DNA of 25,416 bases from Abditibacteriaceae bacterium (GCA_043734795.1 JAYTEY010000338.1:1-25416), one strand, 5' to 3'. Shown: positions 9,401 through 16,914, counted from the stretch's first letter. Program-made: numbers and translations. The notes: a model not told the origin generated them from the letters alone.

Positions 9401-10249
9401 GGCGACTTGCGCGATACAGTTCTCGATATGGCGCAGCAGGCGGCACTTTCCGAAGCCGAAAAACAGTGTCCGCGGGCGGTTCGTTCCGAGGAATGGGACA
9501 AGCACAAACTCTTCGTCGGATTGGGTCGTTTGTTCGGCGCGTCCTTGCTGCACAAGCATTTGCAGGAAGACGAACTCGCGGCAATCGCCAACCGCGACGA
9601 GATCGACGAGCGCTTGATGGAAGTTGCCGAGGCTTGCTACAACGCGCGCGAAACCGAAATGGGCGAGGAAAACTTGCGCAGTCTGGAAGCGTGGCAAGTC
9701 ACGCGTTCAATAGACGAGTATTGGATGGAACATCTGGCGGAAATGGACTATCTGCGCGACGCGATCTGGCAGGAAGGCTATGCGCAGAAAGAGCCGATCG
9801 GCGTTTATCGCCAGGAAGGTTTCGCCCTGTTCCAAAAGATGCAGGACGAGATTCGGCGCGAAGTCACAGAAGCGGTTTTTTCGGCGCAAAACGAAATGTC
9901 GCTGGATGACTTCGCTTATGGCGGCCCGGAACTGAGCGAGTTGCAAGAAGCGCGTTTGGTGCAAATGATGCCGATGGACGACGGCGGAATCGAAGACGGC
10001 GCCTTGCTGGACAAAGACGCCGACGGCGATGACGACGAAGAAATCCTGGTTTCCAGTTCGCCGATGACGATTCCCAATGCGCCCAATCGCGAAGTGGCGA
10101 CACAATCGAGTACTCGATTGCAAAGCGGCGGCTCGGTTTCGGGCAACTCGTTTCCTGGCGCGAACAATGGCGGAACAAACAGCGGCAATCAACCGCTGAG
10201 TCGGGCAGAACGGCGCGCGCGTGAACGCGACGGCAAAAAGCGCGGTTGA
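3467..10249 (+). CDS. secA: Preprotein translocase ATPase SecA, giant form (~2260 aa) with large insertions
   Basis: GGAGA RBS before ATG 3467. Motifs in SecA order: [50 protein letters not shown]...[101 protein letters not shown]. Confidence 0.97.
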   Translation: MLNLKHLFGGKPKDEDAKSGAVQLAPGAQTPGIAGAVAKLFDKNEQEVAKLRPTVERVNTLAAELKALSDEELKARSQKLRETFQEIVTQKLSRSRNAEGEAFGWQELATEMDWSDEYHRARKAAEKETLEELLPEAFALTREAGDRTIGLRHFDVQLIGGAVLHSGRIGEMRTGEGKTLVATLPTYLNALSGRGVHVVTVNDYLAERDANWMRPIYEFLGLSVAFLTNDLENDARKPAYACDVLYGTNSEFGFDYLRDNMARTSDDMVQRALNFAIVDEVDNILIDEARTPLIISAQVAKTDRALRRQQMAKTCDGLARNLMPAVTDREIENLQDSLTERGRIDIDGLMREILKNGAFDQAASYLVDSYLIGERSARVENASHLLDVAIEYSNAGLIDAAGRDHLQNIAVEAVHPDRLRDAWTQEIARLSEPFAQAFAFNMEEGNARALAMSLDLGDDASIEFAPRLDETQSKMPVVAQIVAEEMARRNLVSEGAVADVSAALLGAGNSPQAIHSALMEAVLASPGGVQEADALLHEAVAESGAIGGIKNEDSARRIIGALEEVSLRGLLPFETGERLWESVKLTQGRDALRSEIARTVEAHPGEAAQKIAQLANEYSNARQAFLQTESETLKSQLGAYEIVAKQARNGATANALRATLQSEIGKSGAFGEATKLVKNFVREQNRAHESLAGSLAEEMAQWVEVPRDANKILAQLFGEGGKTGEVRERILLAVRDLPGENTELPALIGESVRQLQEWRSEHAHLLVTEISERVELPAESSTGIVAAIENGEFAGNLEDFIGEQLLASPQIALQAQAIDEFGARLAAFEDESDTQILSSIHDVLPLSDDARDALQETLDATETDLHKAIFGTLAADAVSRHLEPLLTEENAVAFAEEVTRRLPLAKNVRKRVKANAFVGRSAEQLMRAIVRLVQETFAVVQVDEGVGEDSLKRVVRNLGWLVEKDEKRRQAALTDMGTLVAEREAGTPAFSDPENFLETLVSNEILTEDEAAVLRRAQAENPNDTISTTVDRVLRLPADRRRRLAEAKLQEIQPVLDQAVKAHALFHREVHYVIASNPETGKQEIVIVDEFTGRKMPGRRFSEGLHEALEGKHDLEVQLESQTVATVTIQNYFRLYNKLGGMTGTAKTEEAEFAKTYGIEVVSIPTNRQIKRRDFPDVVYKTAEAKFRAITFEILEHHCAGQPVLVGTRSVEVSERMSERLKAQPLQLLALQQLIKSKLWDDKSVPADQKAEIVQGLNTPIAQLNMMQVKAVARQFSINPDANHEDNINALLGLFTVANPSREKLETALKVGLPHNVLNAKNHRNEARIVAEAARPASVTIATNMAGRGVDIVLGGTLDVESRWRVMTLQTLARALENKSVQVRSRNEETTQKFVERLAPERLQDLAWMSLMTQTVDQLEREGKLQGQIAKELRDTLAQELTTPDLKNKVRSRARRLNLLDQLPLDAAPMDDNRVLDALNNDFKRLMNLSFPNEQLLMALSNGVSSRATGRDPGESALLMALSRPLSIAQNSCERLLEVLDETPDLDEMLLEAASQSADLGYAQSFLDLASQLPHVTPEWVEGELKLFNVSNAADAKRVLDLRQNTRKETNEAQILAELGEQNLGLQWLRERLREWNVASEARAFQATPELQEMLGDSAVVHLKLDKERVAALRKEWQNGGDHRRALVTVEAPNLILLGDVAEVAGHDAPFLHPEWMHATMVQLDLLTGDDVFEAQIMGQAEDEAGNLQEMPIDVLVYRIRLNRVLDALAPTLREAVQIVGSEPKDVLRELERQAPWAAQFIDENWVAGKLQSLDMTSVPVQSGAPVRIETGVAGQSADIVLEGEARAEDIAHTSEQDEVKASGGLHIIGTERHESRRIDNQLRGRAGRQGDPGSSRFYVSLEDELWRLFGVRGQGLLNKWDEDEAVEHPMISKSVERAQKKVELNHFEGRKNVLQYDDVMNVQREVIYRERRRALLGGDLRDTVLDMAQQAALSEAEKQCPRAVRSEEWDKHKLFVGLGRLFGASLLHKHLQEDELAAIANRDEIDERLMEVAEACYNARETEMGEENLRSLEAWQVTRSIDEYWMEHLAEMDYLRDAIWQEGYAQKEPIGVYRQEGFALFQKMQDEIRREVTEAVFSAQNEMSLDDFAYGGPELSELQEARLVQMMPMDDGGIEDGALLDKDADGDDDEEILVSSSPMTIPNAPNREVATQSSTRLQSGGSVSGNSFPGANNGGTNSGNQPLSRAERRARERDGKKRG
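4634..4647. repeat. Iterated palindrome (1 mismatch, ATCGAGTACTCGAA)
   Basis: In the SecA PPXD insertion, read as IEYS. Confidence 0.85.
5312..5325. repeat. Iterated palindrome (2 mismatches, AACGAGTACTCGAA)
   Basis: In the SecA PPXD insertion, read as NEYS. Confidence 0.7.
5803..5816. repeat. Iterated palindrome (2 mismatches, ATCGAGTACTGGAA)
   Basis: In the SecA PPXD insertion, read as SSTG; the same variant occurs as reverse complement at 18205. Confidence 0.7.
7884..7897. repeat. Iterated palindrome (exact)
   Basis: In the SecA VAR insertion, read as RVLD. Confidence 0.95.
8256..8269. repeat. Iterated palindrome (1 mismatch, AACGAGTACTCGAT)
   Basis: In the SecA VAR insertion, read as RVLD. 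Confidence 0.85.
8754..8767. repeat. Iterated palindrome (exact)
   Basis: In the SecA VAR insertion, read as RVLD. Confidence 0.95.
10105..10118. repeat. Iterated palindrome (exact)
   Basis: In the SecA C-terminal tail, read as SSTR; extends to 18 bp at 10103-10120. Confidence 0.95.
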
Positions 10250-10313
10250 CGACTATTCGCAGTGCGCACGAGCCGTTGAGAAAGTTTGGGAAATAGGAGT
10301 TTGGCTTTTTTCC

Positions 10314-10484
10314 TTAGAATCAGTTTGAAAAGTCGAAAAATAAGTGTCAAACCGGCAGTTTGTCATTCTGAGCAAAGCGAAAAATCTGACTTTTCATATA
10401 GATTCTTCGCTTTGCTCAGAATGACAAACTCTTACTTTTTCGATAATTTGCTGGCTCTTTACGACTTCAAAAACAGCCTCTTAA
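10314..10484. mobile_element. MITE-like composite element A (~170 bp) with imperfect outer inverted ends and a central REP dimer
   Basis: Left end TTAGAATCAGTTTGAAAAGTCG versus reverse complement of right end TTAAGAGGCTGTTTTTGAAGTCG; flanks homologous to the element at 13900-14064. Confidence 0.55.
10357..10430. repeat. REP-like inverted-repeat dimer
   Basis: 31-bp arms (1 mismatch) AGTTTGTCATTCTGAGCAAAGCGAAAAATCT around a 12-nt loop. Confidence 0.9.
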
Positions 10485-10511
10485 AACGCCTTCGTTGCAT
10501 CGAATTCAACC

Positions 10512-10548
10512 AGGCATCGAGTACTCGAAACGCGACTCGATGCTTTTT
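10512..10548 (+). terminator. Probable intrinsic terminator downstream of secA, built on palindrome half-sites
   Basis: Stem GCATCGAGT (10514-10522) / ACTCGATGC (10535-10543) followed by TTTTT. Confidence 0.6.
10516..10529. repeat. Iterated palindrome (1 mismatch)
   Basis: Intergenic, ATCGAGTACTCGAA. Confidence 0.85.
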
Positions 10549-10609
10549 GTGCGTCTTCTGCGCGCCCAAATCGTATAAAATCCGACTACTGAAACTTGGC
10601 GAGGAAAAC

Positions 10610-11635
10610 ATGGGAAACACCAACAAGACATTGACGACTTTGGCGATTGGAATTGGCGCCGTAATGACGTGGCGCGCGATTTTGCGCACCAAACGCGCTT
10701 ACGACGTGAGCGGAAAAACCGTTCTCATCGTCGGCGGCTCGCGCGGTCTGGGGCTTATTCTGGCGCGACAACTGGCCGAGCAGGGCGCCAACCTGTCGAT
10801 TTGCGCGCGCGGTGAACGCGAATTGGCCAAAGCGAAAATCGACCTTGAAGGTCGTGGCGCGCGCGTCCTGACGACTGTTTGCGACGTGACCGACAAAGCT
10901 CAAATCGAAAACGTCATCGCTAAAACAGCCGAGCATTTCGGCGGTATCGACGTGCTGTTTTATGTCGCGGGCGTTTTCATCGCCGGGCCGCTCGAAGCGA
11001 TGACTGACCACGATTTCGAGTACTCGATGCAGGTCAATTTTTGGGGCGCTTATTATTCCACGATGGCGGCTTTGCCCCATCTCAAGAAAAACGGCGGGCG
11101 CGTGATTCATATGTCCTCAGTCGGCGGACGCATCGCCACGCCGCATTTGCTGGCCTACAACGCCAGCAAATTCGCGCTGAGCGGTTTGTCGCAGGGCTTG
11201 CGCGTCGAACTGGAAAAAGAAGGCGTTCTGGTGACGACGGTTTATCCGTGGATTATGCGCGTGGGAAGTTTGCGCAACGCGACTTTCAAAGGCCGCCATC
11301 GCACGGAATATGCGATTGGCTCGATTATGAACGCCAACCGCTTGCTTTCCGACGACCCGGAACGCGCCGCTGCGGCGATGATCGCGGCGATGAAGCGCGG
11401 CGATTCGCAAGCGACGTTGTGGTTCACTAACGCGACGATCTTGCTCGACACGCTTTTGCCCGAACTGTCGAAAGACGCGATGTGCATCGCCAACCGCCTG
11501 ATGCCGGGCGCCGAGGGCGAAGATTCCATCGGCACATTGGGCTTGCGCGGCCACGAAAGCGAATCGAAATTGTCCGAATCGTCGCTGACCGCGCCTTTGC
11601 AAATCGCTGCAGAGAAGTACAACGAGATTTTGTAA
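10610..11635 (+). CDS. SDR family NAD(P)-dependent oxidoreductase (341 aa)
   Basis: GAGGA RBS before ATG 10610; VLIVGGSRGLG Rossmann motif; YNASK catalytic YxxxK. Confidence 0.92.
   Translation: MGNTNKTLTTLAIGIGAVMTWRAILRTKRAYDVSGKTVLIVGGSRGLGLILARQLAEQGANLSICARGERELAKAKIDLEGRGARVLTTVCDVTDKAQIENVIAKTAEHFGGIDVLFYVAGVFIAGPLEAMTDHDFEYSMQVNFWGAYYSTMAALPHLKKNGGRVIHMSSVGGRIATPHLLAYNASKFALSGLSQGLRVELEKEGVLVTTVYPWIMRVGSLRNATFKGRHRTEYAIGSIMNANRLLSDDPERAAAAMIAAMKRGDSQATLWFTNATILLDTLLPELSKDAMCIANRLMPGAEGEDSIGTLGLRGHESESKLSESSLTAPLQIAAEKYNEIL
11015..11028. repeat. Iterated palindrome (1 mismatch, TTCGAGTACTCGAT)
   Basis: In the SDR CDS, read as FEYS. Confidence 0.85.
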
Positions 11636-11639
11636 AGCA

Positions 11640-11653
11640 ATCGAGTACTCGAT
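11640..11653. repeat. Iterated palindrome (exact)
   Basis: Begins 4 bp after the SDR stop; 16-bp form. Confidence 0.95.
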
Positions 11654-11663
11654 TAGCGTCGAT

Positions 11664-12023
11664 ATGAAAATAGCGACCAAGCGCATGAAGATGCCGTCAC
11701 GCCATTTTCCAGGCGCCAATTTGCGCATTGAAAAACACACGCAATACGAATTTCGATGCGTTTCGTGCGATGAAACGTTGCTGGCACCTTTGAATTGGGT
11801 TATCGAGGGCACGGCTAACAACGAAGTCGACGCCGATGTTCTGGCGGCTATCGATTTTCATTTCGGTTGTTCGTTAGACAAAATTCCACATAGTCAACGA
11901 CATAACATCGTGCAATGCAGAAATTGCGCAAGTGTTTATATCGTCTATCTGCGAGTCGAAGAAACTTCCATGTGCGCCTATCGCGCGACCATTTCCTCCG
12001 TCATTCAAATTCTTAACCGTTGA
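11664..12023 (+). CDS. Hypothetical protein with two CxxC motifs (possible zinc ribbon), low GC
   Basis: CVSC and CRNC motifs; fills the gap between two palindromes; ~47% GC (142/300 counted at 11701-12000). Alternative start at 11685. Confidence 0.6.
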   Translation: MKIATKRMKMPSRHFPGANLRIEKHTQYEFRCVSCDETLLAPLNWVIEGTANNEVDADVLAAIDFHFGCSLDKIPHSQRHNIVQCRNCASVYIVYLRVEETSMCAYRATISSVIQILNR

Positions 12024-12041
12024 AAGCGCCCAAAATAGCAA

Positions 12042-12055
12042 ATCGAGTACTCGAA
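12042..12055. repeat. Iterated palindrome (1 mismatch)
   Basis: Intergenic; ends 6 bp before ATG 12062. Confidence 0.85.
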
Positions 12056-12061
12056 TCGACA

Positions 12062-12583
12062 ATGAAACCAGAAACCGAACGCGCGCCGAACGACGAACCG
12101 CAGCCCGGCGACATTTTGCTGTTTTGCCGCGCGCGGCAGTGGAACAAGCTGATCACGTGGTTCACCAAGTCGCCGTATTATCACGCGGCGATTTACAAAG
12201 GCGAAGGCTGGGTTGTCGAGGCGCGACCGCGCGGCGTTGTCGCGCGCGACCTCAACGGGCCGGACGGCGACAAAGCGTTCGATGTGATCGTTCTTCCCCA
12301 CGACCGCCAAAAGTGCGAAAGCGCGTTGCGTTGGGCGCAATCGCAAATCGGCGCGCCCTACGACAAAGCTGATGTCGCCGTGATAGTCATCGAGCGTCTG
12401 CTGAAAACGGTGAAACTCAAGCGCGCCGATCTCACCCGGTTTTCGTGCGGCGAATTGATCGCTTGCGCTTTTGAAAACGCGGGCGTTCGGCTGTTTCCCG
12501 ACCGCGAAGCCAGCGAAGTCGTGCCCGCCGATTTCGTCGTTTATCTGCCGCCAGAAAAATCGCGACAACGCGAACAGGAATGA
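12062..12583 (+). CDS. Permuted papain-like amidase, YiiX/YaeF (NlpC/P60-related) family (173 aa)
   Basis: PGDILL...HAAIY...PYD...FSCGELIA: His precedes the catalytic Cys, the permuted order. Confidence 0.85.
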   Translation: MKPETERAPNDEPQPGDILLFCRARQWNKLITWFTKSPYYHAAIYKGEGWVVEARPRGVVARDLNGPDGDKAFDVIVLPHDRQKCESALRWAQSQIGAPYDKADVAVIVIERLLKTVKLKRADLTRFSCGELIACAFENAGVRLFPDREASEVVPADFVVYLPPEKSRQREQE

Positions 12584-12585
12584 CG

Positions 12586-12621
12586 AAAAAGCGCTCATCG
12601 AGTACTCGATGGGCGCTTTTT
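12586..12621. terminator. Bidirectional intrinsic terminator centred on the iterated palindrome
   Basis: AAAAAGCGCTC-ATCGAGTACTCGAT-GGGCGCTTTTT is fully self-complementary apart from one G-U pair, has A5/T5 ends and lies between convergent genes. Confidence 0.8.
12597..12610. repeat. Iterated palindrome (exact)
   Basis: Apex of the bidirectional terminator. Confidence 0.95.
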
Positions 12622-12645
12622 ATCTCTCTAATTTCAAGTGGACGT

Positions 12646-13885
12646 TCATAAACGTAAACGCCCGAAGTGTCCAGCTGCTTCAGCAATACCATTTTCGGCG
12701 CGCAACTGTTCGCCAAGCGATGCGGCACGCGCGCTCATCGCCTGGTCGTTCGTGGCTTTTTTGAGCGCCTCCGCCAGTTTTTCTGGACGTGAGTCGTTTG
12801 CGTGGAATTGGCTGCGGCCCAACGCCAAGAGCTGCCACGCGCAAACCCCAAAAAGGCTGATCCATCGTGAAAGGCACGACAACGGCGGGAACGCCCACTT
12901 GGAGTGCCGCTCCTGTCGTTCCTGCGCCGCCGTGATGAACAACTGCCGCCACGCGTGCGAAGAGCCAGTCGTGCGGTATGGAATCGGCAAAAAATATGTT
13001 GTCGACGTTTGGCAAAGATTTGATTCCGTTCCAACCGGACAGCAACACAGCGCGCACGCCCGCGCCGCGAACGGCTTCGAGCAAGAGTTTTGTTACGGCT
13101 TCGGGTTTATCGCTCGCCATGCTGCCGAAACCAATGCTGACAACGGGGCCGCCGCGCGTGAGAAACTCTTCTAAGCCAGGCGGCGGCTTCCACGTCGTGG
13201 AGGCCGGGAGCGACCAGTATCCAGTCGCGTGACGCTCCCGGTCGCCGTTGCCATTAGAAGTCACTGGCACGACATGGCGACTAAACCCGTAAAGCACCAT
13301 CTGACGATTGGCTGCGTTCCGACCTTTTAAGCCGAGAGTTTTCTCTCGTGCCGAAGTCATCGCTTTTTGAAACGACATCCACAGCGCTTTGTCGGAGAGA
13401 AAATGACTAAAGCGTCGTCCCGGTTTTCCAAGCCATTGTGGTGTCCGCGCCAGCAAAACGCCCGGATAAACATCGCTGACCACACCAACGGGTTGCAAAT
13501 GCGTCTCGATGAACGGAACAGCCAGTTTTTCGGCGACCGAAAGACCGATCACCATGCCGCCCACGCCACCCGTTATCACATCGGCGCCCTCGCACGCCTC
13601 CAGAGTTTCTTTGGTCCACGTGTTGATGCGCGCTGGAAGTTCGCGCGCCATGAAACGCATAGTGGCGATGATGCCGCGCTCAGAAATGTTGGTCGAACCC
13701 TGCAATTCGGCTTCGCTTGTTCCCGAAAGCGGCGTCGCAGGGATGCCCGACTCGACGAACAAAGGCGCGAAGTCTGAAGGCGCCACGGCACGCACATCGT
13801 GTCCGACTTTTTTCAGGCCTTGTGCCAGCGCGAGGTATGGCTGAATGCCGCCGCGCGTGTCGTTGCATAACACAGCAATTTTCAT
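12646..13885 (-). pseudogene. GT1-type (GT28-N / sterol glucosyltransferase-like) glycosyltransferase with a 1-nt frameshift near 12778-12787
   Basis: TRGGIQPYLALA, HDWLF..VAAVVHHGGAGTT..AL..GVP.VVVPF..DQPFWG. The natural C-terminus (EKLAEALKKAT...RAENGIAEAA...) continues in another frame to TGA at 12646. Could be a sequencing error. Confidence 0.8.
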
Positions 13886-13899
13886 GAGCTTCCCCCCAA

Positions 13900-14064
13900 A
13901 AAGCTGTTTTGGAACTCAAAACAGCCACCAAAACATCGAAAAAGTAAGAGTTTGTCATTCTGTACTCAGCGAAGAATCTGACTCAAGATATAGATTCTTC
14001 GCTGAGTACAGAATGACAAACTCGCAGTTTGACGGCTTTTTACGACTTCCAAAACAGTCTCTAA
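13900..14064. mobile_element. MITE-like composite element B, inverted relative to element A
   Basis: Outer inverted repeat CTGTTTTGGAACTC (13904-13917) / GACTTCCAAAACAG (14044-14057), 13/14 match; flank ATCGAAAAAGTAAGAGTTTGTCAT is the exact reverse complement of 10421-10444. Confidence 0.6.
13948..14023. repeat. REP-like inverted-repeat dimer
   Basis: Perfect 32-bp arms GAGTTTGTCATTCTGTACTCAGCGAAGAATCT around a 12-nt loop. Confidence 0.9.
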
Positions 14065-14107
14065 GCACGAAAGCGCATCGAACTCTGAAATCGAGTACTC
14101 GATGCGC
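14063..14107 (-). terminator. Probable terminator for tRNA-Ser that includes a palindrome half-site
   Basis: On the minus strand, stem GCGCATCGA / TCGATGCGC (14099-14107 with 14073-14081) is followed by TTTCGTGCTT and starts 9 nt after the tRNA CCA. Confidence 0.5.
14090..14103. repeat. Iterated palindrome (exact)
   Basis: 13 bp downstream of the tRNA-Ser 3' end. Confidence 0.95.
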
Positions 14108-14116
14108 TCTCAAGTT

Positions 14117-14204
<88 letters not shown>

Positions 14205-14280
14205 AAATCAACTTTTAGCTCTTGGCCGTTTCGTAATATAGCTGAAATGAGAAGTCGAAGCTTCTCGTTTTCGCGAATCA

Positions 14281-14760
14281 CTATTTTCCTGTATGCCCGA
14301 AACCGCCTCTTCCGCGTTCCGTTTCGTCCAGTTCTTTCACGATCTGCAAGGGCAAACGCTCGACGCGCGCCACGACCATTTGCGCGATTCTGTCACCGCG
14401 ATCGACCTGAAAAACCTCGCGCCCCAGATTCGTCAAAATCACTTTGACTTCGCCGCGGTAATCCGAATCGATCGTTGCGGGCGAATTGAGCAACGTGATT
14501 CCGTATTTCAGCGCCAAGCCGGAACGCGGGCGAAGTTGAACTTCGTAGCCATCAGGAATCGCCAGCGAAAAACCGGTCGCGACCAGTTTCGTTTCGCCGA
14601 TCGACAACGTGCAATTTTCCGCTGCGCGCACGTCCATTCCGGCTGCGCCCGCAGTTTGATAGGACGGCAATTCCAAGCCGTCGCTGCCGATTTCGCGCTT
14701 GAATTTTAAAACCGGCGCCGTCGAAGCGTCGTTCGAGTCCTCGATAGGTTCAGTTGGCAC
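14281..14760 (-). CDS. dut: dUTP diphosphatase (trimeric dUTPase)
   Basis: Motifs [37 protein letters not shown]; likely GTG start at 14760 after AAGGGG, overlapping the upstream stop. Confidence 0.95.
   Translation of the reverse strand: MPTEPIEDSNDASTAPVLKFKREIGSDGLELPSYQTAGAAGMDVRAAENCTLSIGETKLVATGFSLAIPDGYEVQLRPRSGLALKYGITLLNSPATIDSDYRGEVKVILTNLGREVFQVDRGDRIAQMVVARVERLPLQIVKELDETERGRGGFGHTGK
14732..14745. repeat. Iterated palindrome (2 mismatches, TTCGAGTCCTCGAT)
   Basis: In the dut N-terminal extension, read as IEDS. Confidence 0.55.
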
Positions 14761-15304
14761 GAAGCCCCTTTTTGTCGCGCTTGCGATTGGAGTTCGGAAT
14801 GTCCGCCAAAGCGCGCAAACCGCCATTCAAAGCCATTTGCAAAGCGTCGTTTTCTTCGTCGGAAAGCGTTTGTTCGGTTTGCGCCGCGACGACGCTTTTG
14901 GCGAAGCAGCGGCCGTCATTGCGGCCCATAAGGCCGGTCAAAATCGTGCCGTTTCGATAGTCATCGAGCAACGCCAGAGAAAACGATTGCGCACCGCTGA
15001 CATCGCCATACGCGTCGTAGCGCACCAATCCGATGTGCTGCACACAACTTTTCAAGGTTTCGTTGGCGCTTTCGATTTGCGTTTGCAATCCGTCGCAACG
15101 CTCGAGCGACTGCGCGCTTTCGCCCAGACAACGAGCCAGCATCGCTTCCAAATCGGCACCGTTTGGCCCCAAAAGCGCCGAACGCAGCGCACGATTGGTT
15201 TTCTTCATGCGAGCGCTCAAGTTCAGATAAAGCAGAAACTGCAAAGCGCACAAAACCATCAGCGCCAAGGCGATGAGCGAAAGATATGGTTGGAGAGCTT
15301 GCAT
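14750..15304 (-). CDS. DUF4446-like membrane-anchored protein (184 aa)
   Basis: N-terminal TM helix, coiled coil, then [26 protein letters not shown]...NG.ILT...GR...FAK.V...LSDEE..AL. This is the last 184 codons of track ORF 14750..16801. Confidence 0.8.
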   Translation of the reverse strand: MQALQPYLSLIALALMVLCALQFLLYLNLSARMKKTNRALRSALLGPNGADLEAMLARCLGESAQSLERCDGLQTQIESANETLKSCVQHIGLVRYDAYGDVSGAQSFSLALLDDYRNGTILTGLMGRNDGRCFAKSVVAAQTEQTLSDEENDALQMALNGGLRALADIPNSNRKRDKKGLRAN

Positions 15305-15336
15305 GAAATCGAGAGTTGGAATGGAGCCGAACGGCG

Positions 15337-15371
15337 AACTGTAGGGGCGGAGTTTCCCCGCTCCTACAGTT
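15337..15371. repeat. GTAG-type REP-like hairpin
   Basis: AACTGTAGGGGCGG-AGTTTCC-CCGCTCCTACAGTT between secF and the DUF4446 gene. Confidence 0.65.
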
Positions 15372-15381
15372 ACGTGAAGAA

Positions 15382-16848
15382 CTAAAAGCGACGGCGCGCG
15401 CGCGCTTTGGGATGAACGCGTTGCGGCGCGCGCTCCTTTTCGGTGGCGGTTTCTTCGCCTGGCGAGAAATCTTCCGCAGCGAAATCTTCGTCGCGCGCTT
15501 GGGGATTTGAAGTTGAATCGCGGAAGTCGTCGGTTGGCGAGACGACGTTCTCGCTCGACGACAAAACCGCATCGACGGGAACCGAAACCGTTTCCGAAGA
15601 AACCGTCGCAATCGTCGCTGTGGAAAGCGATGAACTTGAAGCCGTCTGACCTGAAACCGATGGACTTTGTAGCGGATGCGTCGCCGCGTTTGTGGCATCG
15701 GGCGAAGGCAAAACTGTCGTGGCGAACGAGCCGCGACGCGGCGGCGCAACCGAAGTTTTGGCCGCTGAAGTCGTTGCCGCTGAAGCCGAGGCAGATGAAG
15801 GCGCAAGTGAGGCACGGTTTGGCGTCGTCAATCGAGTACTCGATGCCGCGTTGAGACCGCCCGAAGCGCGCAATCGCGCGGCCTTCTTTTCGTCCCAGCG
15901 ATGCCACGCGACCAGAACCATCGAAGCGTTGAAAATCGAGGAATACAAGCCAGACGCGATGCCGACCAACATCGCCAAAACGAAGTTGTAGATGCTTTCG
16001 CCGCCCAGCATTAGCAGCACGAAAAGCATGATGAGAACCGTCAAACCGGTATTGATGGAACGGCTCATGGTTTCCAGCAGCGAATCGTTGACGACTTTTT
16101 CGAACGGTTCTTTGCGCCGCAGCCGCAGGTTTTCGCGCAAGCGGTCGAAAATGACGACGCTGTCGTTGATCGAATAGCCGACAACAGTCAGAAGAGCGGC
16201 GATGAAAGCGCCATCGATTTCGACACTGGGTTTCAAATGCCCGATCAGCGCGAACAAACCGACCAAAACCAAAACGTCGTGGACCAGCGCGACAACGCCC
16301 GCGACCGCGTAGCGCGTTCCGTCGCCAGCGAAGTTGTAGCGAATGTAAATCCACAGCGCGATGAGGGCGACGCCCAGCAAAACGCCGGTAATCGCGTTGC
16401 GCTTGAGTTCGTCGCCGATGACCGGCCCGACGAACTGCTGTCCCAGCGGCGTCAAGGTCGCGGCCTGACCGTTTTGGGTCTGGCCGCCCGCGAAAAACGT
16501 CGTCAGGGCGCGGCGCACGCGCTTTTCCTGGCCTGTCAATTCGCTCTGGTCTTTGGCCAAGGTTTGAATCACGAGGGTATCGCCGCCCGCGATGCGCGGT
16601 TGCGTTTTCAGGCCCTGAGTTTCCAGCGCCGACCGCGCGCGGTCTTGCAGTGCGGCTTCTTGTCCGGCTTGCGGGCGCATCGAATAGGGAATGCGATATT
16701 GGAACTGACCGCCGCCTTTGAAATCGATGCCCAGGTTCAGGCCGAACAAAGCCCACGACGCCAATCCAACCAGAATCAGTGCCAGCGAAATGCCGAACCA
16801 CAACTTCATCTTGCCCACTAAATCGATGTGTTTTCGTCTGAAATCCAT
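15382..16848 (-). CDS. secF: Protein translocase subunit SecF with a ~170-aa low-complexity C-terminal tail (488 aa)
   Basis: LNLGIDFKGG, VGPVIGDEL, ALVHDV, GYSINDSVVIFDRLREN, SLLETMSRSINT, GLYSSIF. Confidence 0.96.
   Translation of the reverse strand: MDFRRKHIDLVGKMKLWFGISLALILVGLASWALFGLNLGIDFKGGGQFQYRIPYSMRPQAGQEAALQDRARSALETQGLKTQPRIAGGDTLVIQTLAKDQSELTGQEKRVRRALTTFFAGGQTQNGQAATLTPLGQQFVGPVIGDELKRNAITGVLLGVALIALWIYIRYNFAGDGTRYAVAGVVALVHDVLVLVGLFALIGHLKPSVEIDGAFIAALLTVVGYSINDSVVIFDRLRENLRLRRKEPFEKVVNDSLLETMSRSINTGLTVLIMLFVLLMLGGESIYNFVLAMLVGIASGLYSSIFNASMVLVAWHRWDEKKAARLRASGGLNAASSTRLTTPNRASLAPSSASASAATTSAAKTSVAPPRRGSFATTVLPSPDATNAATHPLQSPSVSGQTASSSSLSTATIATVSSETVSVPVDAVLSSSENVVSPTDDFRDSTSNPQARDEDFAAEDFSPGEETATEKERAPQRVHPKARARRRF
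15831..15844. repeat. Iterated palindrome (exact)
   Basis: Near the start of the SecF tail, read as SSTR. Confidence 0.95.
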
Positions 16849-16886
16849 GAGATTATTCTTTAATTTGTTGCGTCAATTGTTGCATT

Positions 16887-16914
16887 GTAAGGGCGTAGCA
16901 TGCTACGCCCTTAC
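16887..16914. repeat. GTAG-type REP-like perfect 28-bp palindrome
   Basis: GTAAGGGCGTAGCATGCTACGCCCTTAC in the secD-secF gap. Confidence 0.7.

Noticed and set aside
10286-10609. N-terminal extension of the SDR given in the ORF track
   Set aside because: Runs through the MITE/REP and the terminator; a clear GAGGA RBS precedes ATG 10610.
11664-14116. Genomic island integrated at the tRNA-Ser 3' end
   Set aside because: No integrase and no duplicated tRNA 3' end (att site) found; only the short 11664-12023 gene is clearly low in GC.
15305-16801. N-terminal ~500 codons of the 683-aa minus-strand ORF
   Set aside because: Alternative-frame overlap with secF; the real gene is the DUF4446 portion from ATG 15304.
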